The notes beneath the pieces are model-generated. The model saw nothing but the letters and a program-made list of their open reading frames with translations, was not told the origin of the DNA and searched no databases. Shown one piece after another: positions 30,021-37,913 of a stretch of 37,913 nt of DNA. Made by a program: the position numbers and the translations under genes. The stretch is from Burkholderiales bacterium (lineage in GTDB: Bacteria; Pseudomonadota; Gammaproteobacteria; Burkholderiales; Burkholderiaceae_C), in NCBI GenBank assembly GCA_025352345.1, contig JANXTP010000394.1:1-37913 (forward strand), written 5' to 3'. Each line of letters opens with the position of its first letter. Positions within the stretch are counted from its first letter, which is position 1.

Positions 30021-31120
30021 TGCGCCACCTCAGCAACCAACGAGCGCCAGCACTTGCGGTGTTCGTCCAGCGAGAAGCGCTCGCGACTACGCTGGATAGC
30101 GGCGTGAGCGAAACGCTCGCGTAACGGTCGCTGCTGCAAAAGCTCGACGATTGCCAAGGCTAGCGCAGTCACATCGTCTTGTGCCACCAGGATTCCGGTG
30201 CCGACACCCAGGATCTCCGCCGGACCCGTCGGGCAGTCAAACGCGACTGATGGCACACCCAGGGCTTGCGCCTCCAGCAGCACCAGCGGCATACCCTCAT
30301 AGCGCGACGGCAGCACAAATACAGCGGCGGTTCGGTACTGGGCTTCGATGGCTGAAGTCGGCGCGATCCAGGCCACCCCGTCCGCGATACCAAGCCGCTG
30401 TGCCTGCGCCCGAAGCACAGGCTGCAGCGGACCATCGCCAACAATGCGAAGGCGCGCTGAGGGAACTGCGGCACGGACGGCGGGCCAGGCATTAAGCAGG
30501 CGATCCAGACCTTTCTGCGCGACATGCCGACCGACGGCCAGCACAACAGAATCAGCCGGCATAGCAGGCGCATCTGCGCGCAACGCCGATGCGTTGTGAA
30601 TAACCTCGGTGCGCGGGTTGAGTGCCGCGAATCGCACAGCGTCGGCCTGCGTCAGGCTCACCACCGCAGCTACGCGCGGGTACAGCAGCGCGCGCAGCCA
30701 TTGCCAGGGCATGGAGCGCGCACAGAAGTGGTTGTGGTCGCAGCAGATGGCACGCGACGCAAGATCGCGGCCGAAAAAGAGTACCGAGCAGGCGGTGGTC
30801 AACCCGTTGAGGACAACGGCATCCGGCCGCTCGTGGCGGATCAGCATCGCCAGTCGCCGACCGGTGCGCCATTGCGCGCGCAGCAGTCGCCACGCCCGCG
30901 GGCCGCGCGGCGCCGCAGACAGAGCATCGGCGGCCAGCACGCGCACGGCTGGCGGAAGGGGATAGCACAGCGCAGCGGCGGGCGTGTCGACAGTCGCGAC
31001 AGTCACCTCCATGCCGGCAGCCGCCAGGTCCGCCGCGGTCTCGCAGACGAAGCGCTCGACGCCGCCAGCGATGTCCAGCCGCTCGCAGACAAGCATCACA
31101 CGGCGCGGCCGGGCGCTCAT
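30017..31120 (-). CDS. Glycosyltransferase, GT-B fold (GT4 family)
   Basis: 367 aa. It starts with the N-terminal segment VMLVCERLDIAGGVERFV. The C-terminal EX7E region reads SRYEGMPLVLLEAQALGVPSVAFDCPTGPAEIL. There are ATGA overlaps at both ends. Confidence 0.88.
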   Translation of the reverse strand: MSARPRRVMLVCERLDIAGGVERFVCETAADLAAAGMEVTVATVDTPAAALCYPLPPAVRVLAADALSAAPRGPRAWRLLRAQWRTGRRLAMLIRHERPDAVVLNGLTTACSVLFFGRDLASRAICCDHNHFCARSMPWQWLRALLYPRVAAVVSLTQADAVRFAALNPRTEVIHNASALRADAPAMPADSVVLAVGRHVAQKGLDRLLNAWPAVRAAVPSARLRIVGDGPLQPVLRAQAQRLGIADGVAWIAPTSAIEAQYRTAAVFVLPSRYEGMPLVLLEAQALGVPSVAFDCPTGPAEILGVGTGILVAQDDVTALALAIVELLQQRPLRERFAHAAIQRSRERFSLDEHRKCWRSLVAEVAQ

Positions 31121-32043
31121 CGTGGCGGCTGCAACAGCTGTTGCACCTCGATGCGTCGGTAGTCGGGCTTCGGCAGGTCAACGCCGCTGGCGCGCAACAC
31201 CCGTCGGCGCTCGCGCCAAGCGCGCGCCGCGTCGATCAGGCCCAAGCGTACAAGGACCGCGCCCAGGCGACGGCGCACCACGGGCGTCGCTTCCACAGCC
31301 TGCTCGGCAGATGGGCCGTGAACCCACTCATCCTGCGCGTAGTCAGACTGTTGGGGCGGCGGCATGCTGCCGGGCTCGCGCAACTTGCGCGCCAGCACCA
31401 GCATATAAGTCTCGTGCGCGTTGCACAGATTGACACGGCGGCGCACCTGCATCGGGTCTGCCACCGCCCACCAGTAGCGCCGGTCGGCCTTCATCGCGAA
31501 CCACAGTCCACGAAGCTCGAAACCACGCGACGGCTGGTACAGATTAAAAAACAGCTCGGGCGAGAACTGGTAAAAGCCGTGGCCACTCAGGTTGTTGGCC
31601 GGCAGCGCGTGCAGTACATGGCCGCCGACGCGGCACAGGTCGACGCAATTGCGCCACGCGGTCGGAAAGTCGAACACGTGCTCAAGGCATCCGAAGTCGA
31701 GCACGGCGTCGTAGGTACCACGTGCCTCGCCCGAGGCGCCGTCCTGCGGCCACGTCCGGTTCATGTCGTGAATCAGCGTCGCCTGTTCGTAAGCCGATGC
31801 GTCGACAGAGTCAACCGTCGCCGCGCCCAGCCACTGCTGCATCAGCGGCTCGAAGTAACGAGGCGCACCGGCCGTCCGCATCGGCTCGTGCAGCGGCGGT
31901 AGACCGCGCAGGCGACGGTGCTCCTCGAACTCCCAGTCCTCGATGAAAACCGCCTGCCGACCGATGCCGATCGTGCGCTCGAACGACACGTTGAGGTCGC
32001 GCGCATGTGCGAGCAGGTTGAGGTTGTGAATGTCGATGCCCAT
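31117..32043 (-). CDS. Methyltransferase-like protein (class I fold suspected, degenerate motif I)
   Basis: This is the 3' 308 aa of track ORF 31117..32700. The ATG at 32043 lies 2 nt after the wzx stop. YDAVLDFGCLEHVFD and VGGHVLHALPANN resemble motif II/III of Methyltransf_11/23-type enzymes. No clean GxGxG is present (only TIGIGRQ). Confidence 0.55.
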   Translation of the reverse strand: MGIDIHNLNLLAHARDLNVSFERTIGIGRQAVFIEDWEFEEHRRLRGLPPLHEPMRTAGAPRYFEPLMQQWLGAATVDSVDASAYEQATLIHDMNRTWPQDGASGEARGTYDAVLDFGCLEHVFDFPTAWRNCVDLCRVGGHVLHALPANNLSGHGFYQFSPELFFNLYQPSRGFELRGLWFAMKADRRYWWAVADPMQVRRRVNLCNAHETYMLVLARKLREPGSMPPPQQSDYAQDEWVHGPSAEQAVEATPVVRRRLGAVLVRLGLIDAARAWRERRRVLRASGVDLPKPDYRRIEVQQLLQPPR

Positions 32044-32045
32044 GC

Positions 32046-33296
32046 TCAGCCCTCCGCCGTGCGGCGCTCGGTCAGCATGATGCCAAGCAGCGCGACCGCG
32101 ATCACCACGACCTCGACGGCAATCGCGGTCCAGGCCAGGCCGCTCGCGCCACCGGCACCGCCTATGGTGGCCGCGCCGGCCACGCCAGCCACTCCACCGA
32201 CGACCACGCAGGCCCGGTACGCGCGGTCGTAGCGGCCGCTGGCGAGCATCCAATAGCCAACGAACTTCCAGCCCAGCAGCAGCGGAAGCAAGGCACCGAG
32301 GACGGCGACCACGTCGGCCAGACGCGCAAGGTCGAGCCCGGCGGCGCGACCTGCCAGCAGTGCGGTGAGACCCGGCCAGGCGAGCACGCCCACCGCATAG
32401 AGCAGCGCGCCGGCACACACGCCACCCGCAGCCCAGCGAAGCGCGAAGCGTAGCGCCTCCCCCGGCCCGTCCGCGCACAGCCTGACGATGCGCGGGTAGA
32501 CGAGCGCGAATGCCGGCTCGCCAGCGGCGAGCACCGCGCGCACGATGCGGTCGGCCATGTAGTACAGGCCGAGCTCGGGCTTGCCGAGCTGCGCCGAGGC
32601 TGCGGCTGGCAACGCGAACGAGTACGCAGCCCCGGCAATCGATACCGGCAGCATTCTCCAGCCCAGGCGCAGCCCGGGCCCGAGCTCGGGCGCCGACCAC
32701 AGCGGCGCAGCAGCCTGCAAATCACGGCGCACCCAGTACCAGCCCAGCGCGGCGAGCAGCACCGACGCGGCGAGCTGCAGCGCGACGAACACCGCGATGC
32801 GGTCAGCAAAGGCGCAGCACGCGGCGATCAAAGCCGCGTAGACAGCGAACTCGACGCGCGCCCAGCGCGCCAGTTGCTGGGTAGCCTGCAGGTACCAAGT
32901 CGCAGGCCAGCCGAGCGCGACCGCCAGCGCCGAGATCGCTACGGCATCGGCCCACCCGCCGCCACTGCCAATCGCAGCGACGACCAGCCAGGGCCCCAAC
33001 AGCGCCAGCACGCTGAGTGCGCAGCGCGCGCTGAATACCTGCTGCGCGATGCGCCACAGGCTGGCGGCGTTGGCGTTAACCGCCAGCCGCGTCGCCGCGG
33101 AGAGGAAGCCGCCCTCGACCACCGTCGACAGCAGGCCGGACCAGACCAGGATGAAGCTCAGCCGGCCGAACTCCTCGGGCCCGACACGCACGGCCACCAG
33201 CGGCAACACCAGCAGCGGCAGCAGCACCCGCAGCGCCGCGGCTGCATAGACCGGTGGCAGCGCGTGCCTCAGCCGTGGAAATCCAGCATCGCTCAT
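32046..33296 (-). CDS. wzx: Oligosaccharide-unit flippase (Wzx / MOP superfamily polysaccharide biosynthesis protein)
   Basis: 416 aa, with about 12 hydrophobic helices and Ala/Leu-rich composition. The N-terminus ...VRVGPEEFGRLSFILVWSGLL is typical of Wzx-type proteins. Its start overlaps the TylF-like stop (ATGA). Confidence 0.8.
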   Translation of the reverse strand: MSDAGFPRLRHALPPVYAAAALRVLLPLLVLPLVAVRVGPEEFGRLSFILVWSGLLSTVVEGGFLSAATRLAVNANAASLWRIAQQVFSARCALSVLALLGPWLVVAAIGSGGGWADAVAISALAVALGWPATWYLQATQQLARWARVEFAVYAALIAACCAFADRIAVFVALQLAASVLLAALGWYWVRRDLQAAAPLWSAPELGPGLRLGWRMLPVSIAGAAYSFALPAAASAQLGKPELGLYYMADRIVRAVLAAGEPAFALVYPRIVRLCADGPGEALRFALRWAAGGVCAGALLYAVGVLAWPGLTALLAGRAAGLDLARLADVVAVLGALLPLLLGWKFVGYWMLASGRYDRAYRACVVVGGVAGVAGAATIGGAGGASGLAWTAIAVEVVVIAVALLGIMLTERRTAEG

Positions 33297-34042
33297 GCCT
33301 TGACGACGAGCCGCGCGGTGTAGTCCACGCGATGGAGGAAGACTGACTCAGACCGTTCTGCGAAGTACTCGTCCACCGCGCGGCGTGCGCCTTGCCAGTG
33401 ACCGTAGTCGTCGATGAGGAGCACGCCTTGTCGGGACAAGCGCGGGTAAAAATGCTGCAGTTCATGGCGGGTGGACTCGTACCAGTCGGTGTCCAAGCGC
33501 AGCAGCGCAATGCGCTGTGGGCCAGTTTCGGGGATCGTGTCCTCGACCTTGCCGCGAACGAAGTGCATGCGATCCGCAGGATAGCCAGTGCTGCGCAGGT
33601 TGGCCTGCACGTCATCCAAGCTCGCCACGGCCCAGAGCGCCGAGTCCTTCAGGCTGCTCTTCAGCCGCTCGGCGGCCAGCGCGCCACTGGGGTCACGATC
33701 GTGCTCGGTCGGCTCGCTCATGCCCTCGAAGGTGTCGAACAGCCAGAGATCGCGTGACGTGTCGCCACGTGCCATCAGTGCCAGCGCGGTGACCATCATG
33801 CTACCGCCGCGCCAGACACCACATTCAACGATGTCGCCAGCGATTCCGTGGCACACGACATGGTCGATAGCACCGATCAGGCTGGCACGGCGCTCCGGGC
33901 CCGTCATGGTGAACGGCGCAACACAGGCAACGATCGCGCGATCGGCATCGCTGAGATCAGCGACCGCCTGGGCTTCGCGCTCGGCGGTGCGGACAATCTC
34001 CAGTCCGATCCGGGCCAGAACGGCCTTAGCGAATTTCTTCAT
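33293..34042 (-). CDS. TylF/MycF-family (macrocin-type) sugar O-methyltransferase
   Basis: 249 aa. It has GDIVECGVWRGGS (SAM motif), the metal-binding LRLDTDWYEST, and LLIDDYGHWQGARRAVDEYF. Confidence 0.88.
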   Translation of the reverse strand: MKKFAKAVLARIGLEIVRTAEREAQAVADLSDADRAIVACVAPFTMTGPERRASLIGAIDHVVCHGIAGDIVECGVWRGGSMMVTALALMARGDTSRDLWLFDTFEGMSEPTEHDRDPSGALAAERLKSSLKDSALWAVASLDDVQANLRSTGYPADRMHFVRGKVEDTIPETGPQRIALLRLDTDWYESTRHELQHFYPRLSRQGVLLIDDYGHWQGARRAVDEYFAERSESVFLHRVDYTARLVVKA

Positions 34043-34097
34043 GGGGTTGGGAGCTCAATGAGGCAGTAGCCCGAAGGCAGCTCTGACCTTCATTGTG

Positions 34098-35213
34098 TCA
34101 TTGGGCTTTTACTGGGGCATAGGCATCAGCATGGGTGGCTAGCAGGCGCGCCCAGTCCAGCTCGGCCTGCGCGCGGCGCAGCCCGTCGGCCACCTGTTCG
34201 CGGTGCGAAGCCAGCCAGTCCAGGCAGTCGAGCACGGCCTGCGCACCGTGTTCACGCAGTATTAGCCCATCGAGCCCAAAGCGGCGCAGGAACGCACCGA
34301 GGTCGCCTGCGTCGCTGCAGACGAACACAGCGCCGTGGTGCAACAACGTGTACAGCGCGCCAGACTGCGAGGCTTGGCGGTACGGCAGCAAAAACACCAC
34401 TGGCTGCGCAAACAGCGCGAGCAGTTCGTCACCGGCGAGGTAGCGGTCGGTGACGCCCACGCCAAGCTCGCGCAGCCGTTGCTGTAACCCGGCCAACCCG
34501 TCCCACCGGCCGACCACCTGCAGAGCAAGTCCGCGCGCGGACACCGCTGGCGAATGCGCTAAGGCCTCGAACAGCTCGACGCCCTTGTACGACTTGACAT
34601 TACCCCAGAAGACAAGGGCGCGCGGCACAGCAGCCAGTTCTGGCGGGGTCGGATGCAAACATGGGGCGACCGGCAATAGACCATGCGGTAGCAGTGTCGC
34701 TTTGCCGCGAAAGAAGTCTCCGTAGCGGCGCAGGAAGTCATCGCGCGTCGCCACGCTGACAAATATGATGCGGTGAGCCAGGCGTGCCAGCCGTGCCGTC
34801 GGCGCGTGCGGCCCTTCTCCGTGGCCGTGCGGAACCGCGTTGTGCAGCGTCAGCACCAGCTTGCCGCGCAGCGGCGCGAGTAGCAGCCACTCAAGAGGCC
34901 AGGCCACACTAAATTGCAGGTTGACCAGTTCGGCATGACTGCCGTGCCACAGAACGCGCAGCAGCAGGCCCAGGTAGGCCAGCGCGCCGCGCCAGCGCGA
35001 GGCCACCGTACCCGAGATTCCGGCGGCATCGACCGCGACGCCGGGCAGACGGCGCATCGCGTCGAGCAGCGCGCCGTTATAGGTGGTGCGTGAACCGCAG
35101 AACCGCACTGTGCGGCCTGCTGTGACCAGCGCTCCGACGAGCTGGAAGTCGTACGGCAGCACCGACGACGCGCCGTCGAGCACGACGATCAGCCGCCCGG
35201 CACCCACGGTCAA
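34098..35213 (-). CDS. Glycosyltransferase, GT-B fold (GT1/GT4-like)
   Basis: 371 aa. The TTG start at 35213 forms a TTGA junction with the upstream stop, and a GTG at 35207 is an alternative. The C-terminal half reads LVFWGNVKSYKGVELF...YRQASQSGALYTLLHHGAVFVCSDAGDL, which resembles the GT-B donor-binding domain. Confidence 0.7.
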   Translation of the reverse strand: MTVGAGRLIVVLDGASSVLPYDFQLVGALVTAGRTVRFCGSRTTYNGALLDAMRRLPGVAVDAAGISGTVASRWRGALAYLGLLLRVLWHGSHAELVNLQFSVAWPLEWLLLAPLRGKLVLTLHNAVPHGHGEGPHAPTARLARLAHRIIFVSVATRDDFLRRYGDFFRGKATLLPHGLLPVAPCLHPTPPELAAVPRALVFWGNVKSYKGVELFEALAHSPAVSARGLALQVVGRWDGLAGLQQRLRELGVGVTDRYLAGDELLALFAQPVVFLLPYRQASQSGALYTLLHHGAVFVCSDAGDLGAFLRRFGLDGLILREHGAQAVLDCLDWLASHREQVADGLRRAQAELDWARLLATHADAYAPVKAQ

Positions 35214-35770
35214 TGGGCCAGCCAGAAGCGGCGGCGCAGCGTGTAGGTCGGGTGCCCGCCCTGGCGCGGACCGAGGTCGACAGCCGGATTGCCACCGACG
35301 ATGCGATAGGGTGGAACGCTGCGGATCACCACAGCGCCGGCCATGACGACCGCGCCCTCGCCCAAGTGCACTCCGGGCATCAGCATCGCGCCGGCGAAAA
35401 GTACTGCGTAGTCGTCGATACGCACAGGCTTGGTCTTAGTGGTGAATGAGGCCGGGTCATGTACCTCGTGGCCCGCCGTATAGATGCGGGCATCGTGGGC
35501 GATCGAGACGTGCGCGCCGATCACGATGCCTCCTCGGTTGTCGAGCAGAACACCTCTATTGATCACGGTATCGGCGCCGACGGCAAGCCGACCAATGTGG
35601 AAGAAACGAATGCCCCCTTGCAACGTGGCACTTCGGGCAACGTCGAAGTGACAGATTTTGTACAGCAGAGGCCGAAGGCAAAAGGGCAGCAGACCGTGAA
35701 CGGAATTGATTGCTCTCAATCCGATGAAGTACGTTTGATCGCGCAGGTACTGCAACAGTCGAAGCATCAA
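35210..35770 (-). CDS. Left-handed beta-helix (hexapeptide) acyltransferase, WbbJ/LacA-like sugar O-acetyltransferase
   Basis: 186 aa. Hexapeptide repeats are present (IGAHVSIAHDARI, IDDYAVLFAGAML, LGEGAVVMAGAVV), together with PYRIVGGNPA. The 5' end of the gene is visibly AT-richer than its neighbours. Confidence 0.85.
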   Translation of the reverse strand: MMLRLLQYLRDQTYFIGLRAINSVHGLLPFCLRPLLYKICHFDVARSATLQGGIRFFHIGRLAVGADTVINRGVLLDNRGGIVIGAHVSIAHDARIYTAGHEVHDPASFTTKTKPVRIDDYAVLFAGAMLMPGVHLGEGAVVMAGAVVIRSVPPYRIVGGNPAVDLGPRQGGHPTYTLRRRFWLAH

Positions 35771-35859
35771 CCTATTAACCGTTGACTGATATTGGCTAAC
35801 AAGATCAGATTGTGGGTAGCTTGTAGACGCAGCGCTCTCGAACGGTCGGGCTCAAAGCC

Positions 35860-36447
35860 TCAAGCCACCACTTCCACCGCCAGCGCGCACACGCCGTCTC
35901 GCAGCACGTAGCGTTCGCCGGTGGCAGGGCAGGTGGCGATGCCGTCGCCCTTCAGCGGCAGCGACAGGGGCTCGCCGTGGCGGCTCATCCAGCCGATCTG
36001 GCGGGCGGGCACACCGACCACCAGCGCGTAATCGGGCACGTTGCGGCTGACCACCGCACCAGCGCCGACGAAGGCGTGGCGGCCGATGGTGGTGCCGCAC
36101 ACCACGGTGCAGTTGGCGCCCAGCGTGGCGCCTTGGCGGATCAAGGTCTTGCACAGGTTGCTCTCGCGGGTCACCGCAGCGCGTGGGTTGAACACGTTGG
36201 TGAACACCACGCTGGGGCCGCAGAACACATCGTCTTCCAGCGTCACTGCGTCATAGACCGACACGTTGTTCTGGATGTTGACGTTGCGCCCGATGCTGAC
36301 TTCGTTGCCGATGTAGACGCCCTGCCCCAGCATGCAGTCGGCGTCGATGCGGGCACCGGCACACACATGCGCAAAGTGCGACACCCGCGTTCCGGTGCCT
36401 AGCCGGGCTCCGGGGTCGATCACCGCCGTGGGGTGGATCAAGCTCAT
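35860..36447 (-). CDS. LbH amino-sugar N-acetyltransferase (WlbB/WbpD/QdtC-like)
   Basis: Lies inside track ORF 35860..36531. The ATG at 36447 gives 195 aa. The string [34 protein letters not shown]...[33 protein letters not shown]...[11 protein letters not shown] matches my recollection of the WlbB/WbpD class. Confidence 0.8.
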   Translation of the reverse strand: MSLIHPTAVIDPGARLGTGTRVSHFAHVCAGARIDADCMLGQGVYIGNEVSIGRNVNIQNNVSVYDAVTLEDDVFCGPSVVFTNVFNPRAAVTRESNLCKTLIRQGATLGANCTVVCGTTIGRHAFVGAGAVVSRNVPDYALVVGVPARQIGWMSRHGEPLSLPLKGDGIATCPATGERYVLRDGVCALAVEVVA

Positions 36448-36620
36448 GCGCTGACTTGCCGACCACGCAAGTGCGATGTGCCTGGGGGATTGAAGCGACC
36501 GATCATTGCGCAGCGATGGCGTGAGCGTCATGAAGCATGCTCCGTATTTTAGGGGTCACCGCCGCCCCGGTGGGTAAAACCCCCCAACCTAAAATCAACG
36601 ATCACACGAACCGCGCCCTC

Positions 36621-37913
36621 ATGACCGCCGACCACACCCCTTCCGCACCGCCCTCGCCCGCCAACGCAGCCCCTGCGTTGGACGAGAACCAGCTCATCAC
36701 CGAGCGCCGCGAAAAGCTGGCTGCGATCCGCGAGTCTGCGAAAGCCAGCGGAGGTGTCGCGTTCCCCAACGACTTCAAGCCCCAGCACCGCGCAGCTGAA
36801 TTGGTGGCTGCTCATGGCGAGCGCAGCAACGAAGAACTCGAACCCCTGAGCCTCGTCGTCAGCGTCGCTGGCCGCATGGTGCTCAAGCGGGTGATGGGCA
36901 AGGCCAGCTTCTGCACGCTGCAAGACGGCTCACTCGGCGCCACCGGCGGGCGCCTCCAGTTGTTCGTCACCAAAGACGCGCTGGGCGACGCAGGCTATGA
37001 ATCGTTCAAGCACCTCGACCTGGGCGACATCCTCGGCGCCGTGGGCACGCTCTTCAAAACCAAGACCGGCGAGCTGTCGGTGCGCGTGAGCACGCTGCGC
37101 CTGCTGACCAAAAGCCTGCGCCCGCTGCCCGACAAGTTCCACGGAATGAGCGACCAGGAACAAAAGTACCGCCAGCGCTACGTCGATCTGATCACCGACG
37201 CCGAGGCCCGCCTGCGGTTCACGGCGCGCAGCAAGGCGCTGAGTTCGATCCGCCAGTTCATGGTCGATCACGGCTTCATGGAAGTCGAGACGCCCATGCT
37301 GCACCCGATCCCCGGCGGTGCGAACGCCAAGCCCTTCGTCACGCACCACAACGCGCTCGACCAGCAGATGTTCCTGCGCATCGCGCCCGAGCTGTATTTG
37401 AAGCGGCTGATCGTCGGCGGTTTCGAGCGGGTGTTCGAGATCAACCGCAGCTTTCGCAACGAAGGCATCAGCGTGCGGCACAACCCCGAATTTACGATGA
37501 TGGAGTTTTACGCCGCGTACTGGAACCACCACGACCTGATGGACTACACCGAGCAGGTGCTGCGCCATGCGGCACGCGGCGCGACCGGCTCGGCCACGCT
37601 CAGCTACGGCGGCAAGGTGGTCGACCTCGACGCGCCATTCACGCGGCTCACGGTGCGCGATTCGCTGGTCGCCTACGCCGGCCTGAGCGCCGCCGAAGCG
37701 GGCGACACGCAGGTGCTGCATGCGAAGCTGAAGTCGCTGGGCGAGGAGCCGCCGGCGCACTGGAAGCTGCCCGAGCTGCAGTTCGGTCTGTTCGAGGCGG
37801 TGGTCGAGGAACAGTTGTGGAACCCGACGTTCATCATCGACTATCCGGTCGAAGTGAGCCCACTGGCCCGCGCGTCAGACACCGACCCGGCCATCACCGA
37901 ACGCTTCGAGCTC
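36621..37913 (+). CDS. lysS: Lysine--tRNA ligase, class II (C-terminus beyond right edge)
   Basis: Not in the ORF track because there is no stop in the window. My translation from the ATG at 36621 reads [38 protein letters not shown]...[21 protein letters not shown] (OB fold). It continues ...[51 protein letters not shown] (class II motifs 1 and 2). The frame is open for 431 codons to the end of the window. Confidence 0.95.
   Translation, partial: MTADHTPSAPPSPANAAPALDENQLITERREKLAAIRESAKASGGVAFPNDFKPQHRAAELVAAHGERSNEELEPLSLVVSVAGRMVLKRVMGKASFCTLQDGSLGATGGRLQLFVTKDALGDAGYESFKHLDLGDILGAVGTLFKTKTGELSVRVSTLRLLTKSLRPLPDKFHGMSDQEQKYRQRYVDLITDAEARLRFTARSKALSSIRQFMVDHGFMEVETPMLHPIPGGANAKPFVTHHNALDQQMFLRIAPELYLKRLIVGGFERVFEINRSFRNEGISVRHNPEFTMMEFYAAYWNHHDLMDYTEQVLRHAARGATGSATLSYGGKVVDLDAPFTRLTVRDSLVAYAGLSAAEAGDTQVLHAKLKSLGEEPPAHWKLPELQFGLFEAVVEEQLWNPTFIIDYPVEVSPLARASDTDPAITERFEL

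Noticed and set aside
32044-32700. N-terminal 219 aa of track ORF 31117..32700 (Arg/Gly/Ala-rich).
   Set aside because: This part overlaps the 3' end of wzx in another frame and has no features. The internal ATG at 32043, 2 nt after the wzx stop, gives a sensible coupled gene.
18924-36620. Possibility that the glycan locus is a mobile genomic island (I looked for integrase, transposase, tRNA border and long flanking direct repeats).
   Set aside because: No such genes or tRNA are in the window, and both borders are housekeeping genes. I saw no flanking repeats by eye, although an exhaustive repeat search was not possible. It is best treated as a chromosomal variable cassette, not a mobile element.
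36930-37760. 276-aa minus-strand ORF at the right end.
   Set aside because: It lies antisense to lysS, whose + frame is open for 431 codons and carries class II aaRS motifs.

Overview
High-GC betaproteobacterial chromosomal window. The Burkholderiales/Comamonadaceae-like assignment is inferred from gene order and protein style, not computed. I can support 41 protein-coding genes. I found no rRNA, tRNA, CRISPR array, transposase or integrase.

Layout:
- Left ~16 kb (1-15887): one unbroken minus-strand housekeeping array, listed here in transcription order. It runs yceD-rpmF-plsX-fabH-fabD-fabG-acpP-fabF, then a small 2-TM ORF, then the envelope-stress module rpoE-rseA-rseB-degP(mucD). A ~400-bp AT-richer non-coding spacer with a clean intrinsic terminator follows, then lepA-lepB-DUF4845-rnc-era.
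- Middle: maf and an RsmI-like methylase on the + strand, and a DEAD-box helicase on the - strand.
- Right ~17.5 kb (19010-36447), bracketed by rhlE and lysS: a surface-glycan locus. rfbBDAC plus a WecA/WbpL-like transferase (+) converge on a 12.9-kb translationally coupled minus-strand operon. That operon encodes two LbH acyltransferases, three glycosyltransferases, three methyltransferase-type proteins, a Wzx flippase, a DegT aminotransferase, a PglC-like phosphoglycosyl transferase and a WbpM/PglF-like dehydratase. A vapBC toxin-antitoxin pair sits in the middle of it.

Most noteworthy observations:
1. A 10-nt homopolymeric G tract lies inside the anti-sigma-E gene rseA/mucA, just before its TM helix. 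It is a candidate slipped-strand switch, conceptually like mucA22.
2. vapBC, with a palindromic operator over a -10-like hexamer, is embedded in and abuts the glycan operon.
3. The mucD-lepA spacer is structured and terminator-capped, so it is a candidate sRNA or 3'UTR-derived RNA.
4. The glycan locus has two different priming transferases and a flippase but no Wzy, Wzz, WaaL or ABC transporter.

I did not find a clearly novel multi-gene defence-type system. All functional calls rest on motifs I read in the translations, and no database search was run.
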